Source of the DNA: an uncultured Actinomycetota bacterium
GTDB lineage: Bacteria > Actinomycetota > Actinomycetes > Prado026
NCBI GenBank assembly: GCA_963819215.1
Contig: CAWFVK010000009.1
Coordinates: 209,267 to 273,266 of the forward strand
Reading direction: 5' to 3'
DNA length: 64,000 nucleotides
The notes below the pieces were generated by a model. It was given only the letters and a program-made list of their open reading frames with translations, did not search any database and was not told the DNA's origin. The position numbers were made by a program, and so were the translations under genes. Below, in pieces: positions 39,798 to 49,512 of the stretch; within the stretch, counting starts at the first letter, position 1, and each line of letters begins with the position of its first letter.

Positions 39798-40179
39798 CCA
39801 GCACCCCGCGCCGGTCGTCTGGGTCGGGCCGCCGGGTGACCAGCGAGCGGGACGCGAGCCGGTCGATCCGGTTGGTCATCGTCCCGCTGGTCACCAGCGT
39901 CAAGGTCAGCAGCTGACCGGGCGACAGCTCGTACGGCGGACCAGCGCGGCGCAGGGCCGCCAGCACGTCGAACTCCCAGGTCTCGAGGTCGTGCTCGGCG
40001 AACGCCGCTCGCCGCGCCCGGTCGAGGTGCCGGGCCAGCCGGGTGACGCGGGACAGGACCTCCAGCGGGGAGACGTCGAGGTCGGGGCGCTCGCGCTGCC
40101 ACGCTGCGACCAGCCGGTCCACCTCGTCCGGGCCGACAGCGGTGTCCTCGCGTCGCCTCGCCCCCTGCTTGCCGCCCAT
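39637..40179 (-). CDS. MarR family transcriptional regulator
   Basis: Contains MGGKQGARRRED..LSRVTRLARHLDRARRAAFAEHDLETWEFDVLAALRRAG..MTNRIDRLASRSLVTRRPDPDDRRGVLVTLSESG. Confidence 0.85.
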   Translation of the reverse strand: MGGKQGARRREDTAVGPDEVDRLVAAWQRERPDLDVSPLEVLSRVTRLARHLDRARRAAFAEHDLETWEFDVLAALRRAGPPYELSPGQLLTLTLVTSGTMTNRIDRLASRSLVTRRPDPDDRRGVLVTLSESGRRQVDAALADLLAQENAILASLRPSDRLRLASLLRVVTAPFDDAED

Positions 40180-40360
40180 CGTCGGAGCATAGCCAGGCCA
40201 GGGCCGTTCTCTTGACGTCGAGAGAGACGCTTTTTGGGGCATCGCGTCCGGTCGCCTACCGTTGACGCGGTCGTCTGCAGCAGGCGGCGGCGTGGCCGGA
40301 ACCCGTCGATCGCGGGCTGGCTCGAGCAGGCGCACGACTCACGAGTGGACGGCGGTGCAC

Positions 40361-40918
40361 ATGCGAACGGCGGTGCACACGCGCAGAGTCACGACCCCCT
40401 GGCTGCTCATCGCGGTCGTGGTCGTGGGCCTGCTCGCCGGCGGGCGTCGTGCTCGCGATCAAGCAGCTCAACCCCGGGCCGCCGGTCGTGCCGGCGGCGT
40501 ACCGCTCGATGATCATGTCGGCGGCTGCCAGCTGCCCGCAGCTCAAACCGATGCTGCTCGCCGCCCAGATCGAGCAGGAGAGCGGCTGGGACCCGAGGCG
40601 CGCAGCGGGGCAGGCGCCGAGGGCATCGCCCAGTTCGTGCCGTCGACCTGGGCCGCCTACGCCGTGGATGGTGACGGGGACGGCATCAAGGACGTCTTCA
40701 ACCCGAAGGACGCGATCGCCTCGGCCGCCGCGTTCGACTGCGAGCTCTACCGCGAGATCGCCAGCGTGCCCGGCAACAAGGACGAGCTCATGCTCGCGGC
40801 CTACAACGCCGGACCCGACAAGGTCCACAAGTACCAGGCCGTCCCACCGTTCCCCGAGACCAGGAACTACGTCAGCCGGATCATGGCGCGCAGCAAGGTC
40901 CTCACGCTCGGCCAGTGA
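40361..40918 (+). pseudogene. Lytic transglycosylase (SLT domain) with an N-terminal TM; two frame changes (about 40445 and 40600)
   Basis: The pieces are MRTAVHTRRVTTPWLLIAVVVVGLLAGG / VLAIKQLNPGPPVVPAAYRSMIMSAAASCPQLKPMLLAAQIEQESGWDP / [37 protein letters not shown]. Confidence 0.75.
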
Positions 40919-41591
40919 CCGCAGGGGTCAGCGGTTGCGCGCGGCCGATCAGCTCGGGGTGCGGCTCGAGCCCGGACAGGCCGTTCCAGGAGAGGTTGAC
41001 GAGGTGGGCCGCCACCTCCGCCTTCTTCGGCCGCTTGGCGTCCAGCCACCACTGGCCGGTGAGCGCGACCATGCCGACGAGCATCTGCGAGTACAGCGGC
41101 GCGTACTTGGGGTCGAAGCCGCGCGCCTTGAACTGGCGGCCGAGGATGTGCTCGACCTGGGTGGCGATGTCGCTGATGAGGCTGGTGAAGGTCCCGGTCG
41201 AGCTGCCGACGCCGGAGTCGCGCACGAGGATGCGGAAGCCGTCGGCGTGGTCGTCGATGTAGTCGAGCAGCGCGAACGCCGCCTGCTCGAGGAGCTCGCG
41301 GGGGTGGCCACCGGTCAGCGCGCCGGTGACGCCGTCGAGCAGGCGCTGCATCTCGCGGTCGACGACCACGGCGTAGAGGCCCTCCTTGCCGCCGAAGTGC
41401 TCGTAGACGACCGGCTTGGAGACCCCGGCCTTGGCGGCGATCTCCTCGACGGACGTGCCCTCCAGGCCCTTCTCGGCGAACAGCTTCCGCCCGACGTCCA
41501 CGAGCTGGGCCCGGCGCTCCTTGCCGGTCATCCGGCCGCGGGAGCCGCGGCCGAGGGCGTCGGTCGCTGCGCTGTCGATGCTGTCGGTCAC
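40902..41591 (-). CDS. TetR/AcrR family transcriptional regulator
   Basis: Contains ERRAQLVDVGRKLFAEKGLEGTSVEEIAAKAGVSKPVVYEHFGGKEGLY (the HTH). GTG 41591 or a downstream ATG is the likely start. The long upstream extension of ORF 40902-42158 is spurious. Confidence 0.85.
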   Translation of the reverse strand: MTDSIDSAATDALGRGSRGRMTGKERRAQLVDVGRKLFAEKGLEGTSVEEIAAKAGVSKPVVYEHFGGKEGLYAVVVDREMQRLLDGVTGALTGGHPRELLEQAAFALLDYIDDHADGFRILVRDSGVGSSTGTFTSLISDIATQVEHILGRQFKARGFDPKYAPLYSQMLVGMVALTGQWWLDAKRPKKAEVAAHLVNLSWNGLSGLEPHPELIGRAQPLTPAVTGRA

Positions 41592-41659
41592 GGCCCCATC
41601 ATCTACCTGGGCCGTGGGAGACTGGCGCCGGCGCCGGAGGCCGTTCGGTCCGGTGTCGC

Positions 41660-41735
41660 TCCGCCGTGGGGTAATTGGCAGCCTGCAGCCCTTTGAAGGC
41701 TTGCGGTCCTGGATCGAGTCCAGGCGGCGGAACCA
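41660..41735 (+). tRNA. tRNA-Gln (anticodon TTG) with encoded CCA; some non-canonical positions
   Basis: Manual fold: TCCGCCG-TG-GGGT-AATTGGCA-GCCT-G-CAGCC-CTTTGAA-GGCTT-GCGGT-CCTGG-ATCGAGT-CCAGG-CGGCGGA-A-CCA. It has a perfect acceptor stem with U1:A72 but an A at T-loop position 54, a C27-U43 mismatch and two G-U pairs in the D stem. It is hidden under spurious ORFs. Confidence 0.65.
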
Positions 41736-41837
41736 CCGCTCGACGACGGTCCGGCACCGGTATCCTCGACGGACAGGGCGGTACCAGCGATCGTTCGTTG
41801 CCCCCCGTCCGACGCACGACACTCGTCGAGGAGCCGC

Positions 41838-43379
41838 GTGAGCGCACAACGCCCCGCTGCGGTGCTCGTGCTCGCTGCTGGCGAGGGGACCCGGATGCGG
41901 TCCGCCACCCCGAAGGTCCTGCACGCCATCGGTGGGCGCACGCTGCTCGGGCACGCTGTCGCCGCGGCCAGCGGACTGCGGCCCGAGCACCTCGTCGTCG
42001 TCGTGCGGCACGGCCGCGCGGCGGTCGTCGCGCACGTCGACGAGCTCGCCGCGGCCGCCGGCTCCGCCATCGTGGTGGCCGACCAGGACGACCGTCCCGG
42101 GACCGGCCGGGCCGTCGACGTGCGGGCTCGCGGCGCTGCCGGCGGGCGCGGCGGTCACGCGGCACGGTGGTGGTCACCTACGGCGACGTCCCGCTCCTGA
42201 CGACCGAGACCCTGCGCACGCTGCTGGCCAGCGCACGCACGCCCGGGCCGCCGCGGTCACCGTGCTCACGGCGCAGGTCCCGGCCCCGACCGGCTACGGC
42301 CGGATCCTGCGCGACCCGTCCGGCGGCGGTGCTCGCGATCGTCGAGGAGGCCGACGCCACCGCGGAGCAGCGCGCGATCACCGAGGTCAACTCCGGGATC
42401 TACGCCTTCGACGCCACCGTGCTCCGGGCCGGCCTCGCCGCAGCTCGGCACCGACAACGCCGCCGGCGAGGCGTACCTCACCGACGTCGTCGCGCTCGCG
42501 GTCGCGGCCGGCCACTCGGTCGGGGCGCTGCTCGTCGACGACCCCGAGCAGACCGAGGGCGTGAACGACCGCGTCCAGCTCGCCCGGCTCGGCCGCGTGC
42601 TGCGGGACCGGGTCGTCCAGGGCTGGCAGCGCGCCGGGGTGACCGTGGTCGACCCGCAGACCACCTGGGTCGACGTCGAGGTCCGAGCTGAGCCCGGACG
42701 TCACGCTGCTGCCCGGGACGCCAGCTGCTCGGCTCGACCTCGGTCGGCGTCCGGCGCGACGGTCGGGCCCGGACACCACGCTGCGCGACTGCGCGGTGGG
42801 CGAGCGGGCCGTCGTCCGTGCGCAGCGACGGCACGGGCTCGGTCATCGAGGCCGGGGCCGTCGTCGGTCCCTTCTCCTACCTCCGCCCCGGCACCGTGCT
42901 CGGCGCCGACGGCAAGATCGGTGCGTTCGTCGAGACCAAGAACGCCGTGATCGGCGCCGGGCTCGAAGGTCCCGCACCTGTCCTACGTCGGCGACGCGTC
43001 GATCGGGGTCGGGCTCGAACATCGGCGCGGCCACCGTCTTCGTCAACTACGACGGCGTCGCCAAGCACCGCACGGTGGTCGGCGACCACGTCCGCATCGG
43101 CTCCGACACGATGCTCGTCGCCCCGGTGACGATCGGCGACGGCGCCTACACGGCAGCCGGCTCGGTGATCGACCGCGACGTCCCGCCCGGGCGCGCTCGG
43201 CGTCGGGCGGGCCCGCCAGCGCACCATCGAGGGCTGGGTGGCCCGGCGCCGCGCGGGGTCGGCCTCCGCCGACGCCGCGCTGCTGCTACACCTGCTCCTG
43301 ACGACCAGCGGCTTCCGGGGACGGCACGCCAGCGAACGGACCGAGCACGGCTTCGACGAGCGAGGAGCAGAGCCAGTGA
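41838..43379 (+). pseudogene. glmU: Bifunctional UDP-N-acetylglucosamine diphosphorylase / glucosamine-1-phosphate N-acetyltransferase; about 14 frame changes
   Basis: Readable pieces in alternating frames: [34 protein letters not shown].. / [18 protein letters not shown] / VTVLTAQVPAPTGYGRILRD / AVLAIVEEADATAEQRAITEVNSGIYAF / EAYLTDVVALA..VNDRVQLA / hexapeptide-repeat part ..[34 protein letters not shown] / [12 protein letters not shown] / [14 protein letters not shown]... The likely stop is TGA 43377-43379, in a GTGA overlap with prs. Confidence 0.85.
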
Positions 43380-44362
43380 GCTCGATCAAGAGCAGCAGCG
43401 AGAAGAAGCTCATGCTGTGCTCCGGGCGCGCGTACCCGGAGCTCGCGGACGAGGTCGCGGACCACCTCGGCGTCGACCTCACGCCGGTCTCGGCGTACGA
43501 CTTCGCGAACGGCGAGATCTTCGTGCGCTTCGAGGAGTCGGTGCGCGGCTGCGACGCGTTCGTGCTGCAGAGCCACAGCCACGACATCAACAAGTGGATC
43601 ATGGAGCAGCTGATCATGGTCGACGCGCTCAAGCGCGCGTCAGCCAAGCGCATCACCGTCGTCATGCCCGTTCTACGGCTACGCGCGGCAGGACAAGAAG
43701 CACCGCGGCCGCGAGCCCATCTCCGCCCGGCTGGTCGCCGACATGATGAAGGTCGCCGGCGCCGACCGGCTGATGGTCGTCGACCTCCACACCTCGCAGA
43801 TCCAGGGCTTCTTCGACGGTCCCGTCGACCACCTCTCCGCGCTGCCGCTGCTCGCCCAGTACGTCCGCGGCCGCGGTGGACAAGGGACGCCTCACCGTCG
43901 TCTCCCCGGACTCCGGCCGGGTCCGGGAGGCCGAGCGCTGGACGAACGTGCTCGGCGGCGTCCCGCTCGCGTTCATCCACAAGACCCGCGGACCCGCTGG
44001 TCCCCAACGAGGCGACCGCCAACCGGGTGGTCGGCATGGTCGAGGGCCGCACCTGCGTGCTCGATCGACGACATGATCGACACCGCCGGCACGATCGTGA
44101 AGGCCGCCGACGCGCTGTTCGACAACGGCGCCGCGGAGGTCATCATCGCCGCGACCCACGGCGTGTTCTCCGGGCCGGCGGTCGACCGGCTCAAGAACAG
44201 CCGGGTGTCGCGAGGTCGTCGTCACCAACACGCTGCCGATGACCGAGGACAAGCGCGTTCGACAAGCTCACCGTGCTCTCGATCGCCCCGCTGGTCGCGC
44301 GGGCGATCCGCGAGGTGTTCGAGGACGGCTCGGTGACCAGCCTGTTCAACGGCAGCGCCTGA
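43376..44362 (+). pseudogene. prs: Ribose-phosphate diphosphokinase; about 6 frame changes
   Basis: The pieces are [57 protein letters not shown] / [27 protein letters not shown] / RLTVVSPDSGRV / VVGMVEGRTCVL / IDDMIDTAGTIV..IIAATHGVFSGPA / VVVTNTLP / LTVLSIAPLVARAIREVFEDGSVTSLFNGSA*. Confidence 0.88.
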
Positions 44363-44626
44363 GCCTGCTCGGTTTCTCCGGCCCGGCCGTCGTCGTCTAG
44401 ACTCGGCGGGTTGCCTCGGCGAGGGGACCTTCCAGTTCCGGCTGGGAACGCTCCCGTGATCGACGCGGTCGGTGCTCCGAGCCGCCCTGCCTCGTGCCTG
44501 CCGTGGCCGCCCGACCGCAGTCCGCCAGCTCCGCCCGCCAGCCCAGCCTCACCCGTCCAGCACAGCCCGCCACGCGCCAGCTCCGCACCGTACGTGCAGC
44601 GCCACACAGCTCTGAGGAGATCAGTC

Positions 44627-45229
44627 GTGCCCGAGGTCAGCATCGTCGCCGAGACCCGTTCCGAGTTCGGCAAGGGGGCCGCGCGCCGCGTCCGCCGCTC
44701 AGGTCAGGTCCCCGGTGTCCTGTACGGGCACGGCAGCGACCCGCTGCACATCTCGCTGCCGGGCCACGAGCTCCTGCGCGCGCTGCGCACGGCGAACGTC
44801 CTGTTCGAGGTCTCGCTGGACGGCAAGACCGTGCTGGCCCTGCCGAAGGCTGTCCAGCGCGACGTCGTCCACCAGGTGCTCGAGCACATCGACCTCGTGA
44901 TCGTCACCCGCGGCGAGAAGGTCTCGGTCGACGTCTCGATCAACATCATCGGCAAGGTCGCCGGCGGTCTGGTCGAGCAGTCCGCGGCCACCGTCTCCGT
45001 CGAGGCCGAGGCCACCCACATCCCGACCGAGATCGTGCTCGACGTCGACGGCCGCGAGATCGGCGACATCGTGCGTGCCGGCGACCTCGTCCTGCCCACC
45101 GGATCGAGCCTGGCCAGCGACCCCGACCTGGTGATCGCGCACATCGTCGAGCCGCAGGCCGAGGAGCCGGAGCCCGTCGCCGCGACGACCGAGGCTGCCG
45201 CCGCACCGGCCGAGGGCACCGAGGACTGA
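44627..45229 (+). CDS. rplY: 50S ribosomal protein L25 / general stress protein Ctc
   Basis: GTG 44627 follows GAGGAGA and gives ..[51 protein letters not shown], with an acidic C-terminal tail. Confidence 0.88.
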   Translation: MPEVSIVAETRSEFGKGAARRVRRSGQVPGVLYGHGSDPLHISLPGHELLRALRTANVLFEVSLDGKTVLALPKAVQRDVVHQVLEHIDLVIVTRGEKVSVDVSINIIGKVAGGLVEQSAATVSVEAEATHIPTEIVLDVDGREIGDIVRAGDLVLPTGSSLASDPDLVIAHIVEPQAEEPEPVAATTEAAAAPAEGTED

Positions 45230-45260
45230 CCGAGCCCTCCCTGCAAGGACGCGACCACCG

Positions 45261-45872
45261 GTGAACGAGGGCCCGAACGAGGGCAGCTGGCTGGTGGTGG
45301 GCCTCGGAAACCCCGGACCGACCTATGCCGGGACACGGCACAACGCCGGCTTCTTCGTGGTCGACCTGCTCGCCGAGCGCGTCGGCGGCCGGTTCAAGGC
45401 CCATCGCGGCCGGGCCGACGTCGTCGAGGGCGCCCTCGGTCCGCCGACCTCCGGCCTGCGCCGACGCGTCGTCCTCGCCAAGCCGAAGTCGTTCATGAAC
45501 GAGTCAGGCGGTCCCGTCGCGAGCATGCGCGACTTCTTCAAGGTCCCCCTCGAGCGCATCGTCGTCGTCCATGACGAGCTCGACCTGCCCTTCGGCGCGC
45601 TCCGGCTGAAGCGCGGCGGCGGCGACAACGGCCACAACGGCCTGCGCTCGGTGTCCAAGGCGCTGGGCTCGCCGCAGTACCTCCGGGTCCGGGTCGGGAT
45701 CGGCCGTCCGCCTGGGCGGATGGACCCCGCTGCCTTCGTGCTGAAGGCCTTCTCGGCCGCGGAGCAGCGCGAGCTGCCGTTGCTGGTCGACCGAGCCGCC
45801 GACGCCGTCGAGGCCGTGGTCGAGCAGGGTCTCGAGCTCGCCCAGAACACCTTCAACCGCGACGTCCCCTGA
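45261..45872 (+). CDS. pth: Peptidyl-tRNA hydrolase
   Basis: Contains [71 protein letters not shown]. Confidence 0.92.
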   Translation: MNEGPNEGSWLVVGLGNPGPTYAGTRHNAGFFVVDLLAERVGGRFKAHRGRADVVEGALGPPTSGLRRRVVLAKPKSFMNESGGPVASMRDFFKVPLERIVVVHDELDLPFGALRLKRGGGDNGHNGLRSVSKALGSPQYLRVRVGIGRPPGRMDPAAFVLKAFSAAEQRELPLLVDRAADAVEAVVEQGLELAQNTFNRDVP

Positions 45873-45935
45873 CGTCGAAGAATACTACTAAACAAATAGG
45901 ATTTATCGGTAAACGGACGGTGAAATCTGTCATTT

Positions 45936-45955
45936 CGTGACGGTGCGTGACGGTG
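45936..45955. repeat. Tandem cgtgacggtg (two copies) plus a related cggacggtga at 45914-45923, in an AT-rich junction
   Basis: Read directly from the sequence, inside the roughly 265-bp conspicuously AT-rich spacer 45873-46137 between pth and the first glycan-cluster gene. Confidence 0.75.
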
Positions 45956-46137
45956 AATTTCCACCCCGTAGGTCTTTTGGCCACAAGCATCGGACGTTCG
46001 GACGATTCCTTGCTCCTGCTATGGATTCGGCTCTGGGGGTCTCCCTAGAGTACGAACCCTGATCCCGTTCATGGAGGGGTGCAGACCGAGTGGTCAGCAT
46101 CTGAGCGAGGTCACTGGGGTGGGAAGTCGAGGGAAAT

Positions 46138-47637
46138 ATGTCGGTCTTGGACCAGCGGCCGGGTACCGCTCTTGGTCACGCAGGGCTCGTGACCACCACA
46201 CTGACCGATCGCCCCGCCGAGCTCGCCGTCGTCCGCCCCCGCCGGGCCTCGTGGCAGCGTGGATATGTCGTCCGCTGTATCGGTGTCGACGCCGTGGCCG
46301 CGATCATCGGCGGGACCAGCGCCTACGTCCTGCGCTGGGGCGACACCCCGAAGACCCACTACCTCGTCATCAACGCACTGCTGCCCTTCATCTGGGTCGC
46401 CGCCATCGCGCTGAGCCGGGCCTACGAGCCCCGCTTCCTCGGGGCCGGCTCCGAGGAGTTCCGCCGGGTGGGTCGGGCCGCCGTGGGGCTCATCGCCGTC
46501 GTCTCGGTCATCTCCTACGCCTTCAACCTCGACCCCGCCCGCCGCTACGTCCTGATCGGCATCCCGATCGCAGCCGGTGTCGACCTGCTTGGTCGGTACC
46601 TGCTGCGGCACTGGCTGCACACGCGCCGGGCCAAGGGGCAGTACCTGGATCGGGTGGTCGTCGTCGGCCACGAGATCCCCGTGCTCGACCTCCTGCGCCG
46701 CCTCGGCGACGAGTCGTGGCACGGCCTGCACGTCGTGGGTGCCTGTCTGCCGGTCGGCGGCAACCGGCCCGCACTGCTCGACCGAGGGGTCACCGTCGTC
46801 GGCGGGTTCGACTCCGTGGCCCGTGCGGTACGCCTGCACGACGCTGACGTCGTCGCCGTTCTTGCCAGCCCGGACCTCGGCCCGGAGCAGCTGCGCCAGC
46901 TTGCCTGGGACCTCGAGCCGACCGGCGCCGACCTCATGGTCGCCCCTTCGCTGGTCGAGGTCGCCGGTCCACGGCTCTCGATCCGCCCGGTCTCCGGACT
47001 GCCCCTGCTCCAGGTCGAGCAGCCGCAGTTCACGGGCATGCGCCGCATCGTGAAGTCCACCTTCGACCGCACGACGGCCGCGGTTGCCGTCCTGCTGCTC
47101 TCGCCCGTGCTGCTCCTGATCGCGCTGGCGGTGCGCCTCACCAGCTCCGGCCCGGCGTTCTTCCGCCAGGAGCGCGTCGGGCGTGATGGCAAGACCTTCA
47201 CGATGATCAAATTCCGCACCATGGTGGTCGACGCCGAGAGCCGCCGCGAGCAGCTCCTCGAGCTGTCCGACCGTGACGGCCTCATGTTCAAGATGCGCTC
47301 CGACCCGCGGATCACCAAGATCGGCTCGCTGCTCCGCAGGTACTCCCTCGACGAGCTCCCGCAGCTGATCAACGTGGCGCGGGGCGACATGTCGCTGGTC
47401 GGCCCTCGCCCGCCGCTGCCGTCCGAGGTCGCGGAGTATGCCGCCGACGTCCGCCGCCGGCTGCTCGTTCGTCCCGGGCTCACCGGGCTGTGGCAGGTCA
47501 GCGGCCGCGCCGACCTCTCTTGGGAAGAGTCCGTGCGACTCGACCTCCGCTACGTGGACAACTGGTCGCTCGCCAGCGACCTGCTGATCCTCTGGAAGAC
47601 CGCTCGCGCTGTCCTCACGGGCAGCGGAGCCTACTGA
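46138..47637 (+). CDS. Polyprenyl-phosphate sugar-phosphate transferase (WbaP/CpsE-type initiating enzyme)
   Basis: Four or five N-terminal TMs, a central domain, and the C-terminal bacterial sugar-transferase signature ..RRIVKSTFDRTTAAVAVLLLSPVLLLIALAVRLTSSGPAFFRQERVGRDGKTFTMIKFRTM..DELPQLINVARGDMSLVGPRP. Intact at 499 aa. Confidence 0.88.
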   Translation: MSVLDQRPGTALGHAGLVTTTLTDRPAELAVVRPRRASWQRGYVVRCIGVDAVAAIIGGTSAYVLRWGDTPKTHYLVINALLPFIWVAAIALSRAYEPRFLGAGSEEFRRVGRAAVGLIAVVSVISYAFNLDPARRYVLIGIPIAAGVDLLGRYLLRHWLHTRRAKGQYLDRVVVVGHEIPVLDLLRRLGDESWHGLHVVGACLPVGGNRPALLDRGVTVVGGFDSVARAVRLHDADVVAVLASPDLGPEQLRQLAWDLEPTGADLMVAPSLVEVAGPRLSIRPVSGLPLLQVEQPQFTGMRRIVKSTFDRTTAAVAVLLLSPVLLLIALAVRLTSSGPAFFRQERVGRDGKTFTMIKFRTMVVDAESRREQLLELSDRDGLMFKMRSDPRITKIGSLLRRYSLDELPQLINVARGDMSLVGPRPPLPSEVAEYAADVRRRLLVRPGLTGLWQVSGRADLSWEESVRLDLRYVDNWSLASDLLILWKTARAVLTGSGAY

Positions 47638-47709
47638 TCCATCCATCCAGCAGACCGGCAGCGGCAAGGACGCCGCAAGGCCCGGTCCGTCCGACCATGA
47701 CCTCAGGCA

Positions 47710-47751
47710 GTCACCCTGGGTGACCATCCCGCTTAGGATGGTGACCCTCCC
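47710..47751. promoter_or_regulatory. Palindrome plus direct repeats upstream of cysQ; candidate operator
   Basis: gtcaccctgggtgac (47710-47724, a perfect 6-3-6 palindrome); hairpin ccatcc-cgctta-ggatgg (47724-47741); direct repeat ggtgaccatccc / ggtgaccctccc (47719-47730 and 47740-47751, 21-bp spacing). Confidence 0.4.
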
Positions 47752-47791
47752 GAACTGTCGAGCCGGGGATCCGAACCGAAGGGAGCGCAGC

Positions 47792-48545
47792 GTGCAGACC
47801 ACGACGACGGACGCGCAGCTCGCGACCGACCTCGCCGCGGCCGCGGGACGCCTCCTGGAGCACGTCCGCAACGAGCACGCCGGCCTGCCGCAGGACGAGC
47901 TCAAGGCGCTGGGGGACCGGTCCGCGCAGGACTTCCTGGCCGCCGGGCTCGCCGAGGCTCGACCCGATGACAAGGTCCTCTCGGAGGAGGCCTCCGACGA
48001 CCGTCGGCGCCTGACCGCGGACCGCGTCTGGATCATCGACCCGCTGGACGGCACCCGCGAGTTCTCCGAGGGTCGCCATGACTGGGCCGTGCACGTGGCG
48101 CTGTGGCAGCGAGGCACGCTCGTCGCCGGGGCGGTCGCGCTGCCGGGCTTGAGCACCGTGCTCGCCACCGACCCTGCGCCGGTGCTGCCCGCACCCCACG
48201 GTGGCCGGCTCCGGATGGCCGTCAGCCGGAGCCGTCCGCCGGCGCTGGCCACCCGCTCGCCGAGCGCCTCGACCTCGAGCAGGTCCCGATGGGTTCCGCC
48301 GGCTACAAGGTCGCGGCCGTGATCAGGGGCGAGGTCGACGCTCTACGTCCACGCCGGCGGCCAGTACGAGTGGGACAGCGCGGCCCCGGTCGCGGTCGCC
48401 GTCGCCGCCGGCCTGTTCACGTCCCGGATCGACGGCTCGCCGTTGCTCTACAACCAGGAGGAGGTCCTGCTGCCCGGACCTGGTCGTGTGCCGGCCCGAG
48501 CTCGCCCAGCAGGTTCTCGCAACGATCGCGGAGGTAACGGCGTGA
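47792..48545 (+). pseudogene. cysQ: 3'(2'),5'-bisphosphate nucleotidase (PAP phosphatase) with three frame changes (about 48247, 48341 and 48478)
   Basis: GTG 47792 follows GAAGGGAG and gives ..KVLSEEASDD..RVWIIDPLDGTREFSEG..WAVHVAL. The following pieces are ..[18 protein letters not shown] / [31 protein letters not shown] / [22 protein letters not shown]. Confidence 0.8.
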
Positions 48546-49512
48546 CGCCGGCCGAGAGCACGTCCACAGCCGACGCTGACACGGGAGGTGCGGGCGGCGC
48601 GGGCAACGACTACCAGCCTGTCGCAGCTACGCACGCTGGAGTCCGAGTCGATCCACATCATCCGCGAGGTCGTCGCGGAGATGCGAGCGCCCTGCGCTGC
48701 TGTTCTCCGGCGGCAAGGACTCCATCGTGATGCTGCGGCTCGCCGAGAAGGCGTTCTGCGCCGGCACCGGTGCCCGTTCCCGATCATGCACGTCGACACC
48801 GGCCTGAACTTCCCCGAGGTCATCGCCTTCCGCGACAAGCGGGTCGCCGAGCTCGGCGTGACGCTGATCGTCGCGTCGGTGCAGGAGGCCATCGATCGCG
48901 GCGAGGTCCGCGAGGAGCCCAACGGGTCCCGCAACCGGATCCAGACGCCGGTGCTGCTCGCGCATGCCGAGGCGCAACCGCTTCGACGCCCTGTTCGGGG
49001 GCGCCCGTCGCGACGAGGAGAAGGCCCGCGCCAAGGAGCGCGTGTTCTCCTTCCGCGACGAGTTCGGCCAGTGGGACCCGAAGAACCAGCGGCCCGGAGC
49101 TCTGGAGCCTCTACAACGGCCGCGTCCACAACGGCGAGAGCATCCGGGTCTTCCCGCTCTCGAACTGGACCGAGCTCGACATCTGGCAGTACATCGAGGC
49201 CGAGAGCATCGCGCTGCCGTCGATCTACTTCGCCGCACGAGCGCGAGGTCGTACGACCGCGACGGCATGATCATGGCGGTCAACGAGTTCTCGCCGCCCC
49301 GGGCCGGCGAGGAGGTCTTCACCGCGACGGTGCGCTACCGCACCGTCGGCGACGCGAACCTCACCGCCGCGGTGCGTTCGGACGCCGACACGCTCGCGAA
49401 GATCATCGACGAGATCGCCGCGACCAGGATCACCGAGCGCGGCGCCACCCGCGGCGACGACAAGGTCAGCGAAGCGGCCATGGAAGACCGCAAGAAAGAG
49501 GGCTACTTCTGA
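48542..49512 (+). pseudogene. cysD: Sulfate adenylyltransferase subunit 2; about 7 frame changes
   Basis: The pieces are [21 protein letters not shown] / [24 protein letters not shown] / [33 protein letters not shown] / [40 protein letters not shown] / [33 protein letters not shown] / HEREVV / [18 protein letters not shown]. Confidence 0.88.

Noticed and set aside
41838-44362. The frame changes as programmed ribosomal frameshifting or recoding
   Set aside because: There are far too many (up to one per about 110 nt), they go in both directions, they share no slippery heptamer or downstream structure, and they spread over unrelated genes. Random indels explain them better.
47765-47790. The tRNA-like T-arm string ggggatccgaacc
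   Set aside because: The flanking bases cannot form T-stem, acceptor or anticodon arms on either strand. The string lies in the cysQ ribosome-binding region.
46111-48252. A 713-aa minus-strand ORF, plus similar long ORFs at 28402-30435 (+), 27507-28673 (+), 35350-37068 (-), 37008-38765 (-) and 32337-33530 (-)
   Set aside because: All are antisense to genes with unmistakable family signatures (WbaP-like transferase, PMT, S53 peptidase, rsmA/ispE, ABC-F, metG/tatD). All translate to Arg/Pro/Gly-rich sequence, so they are high-GC artefacts.
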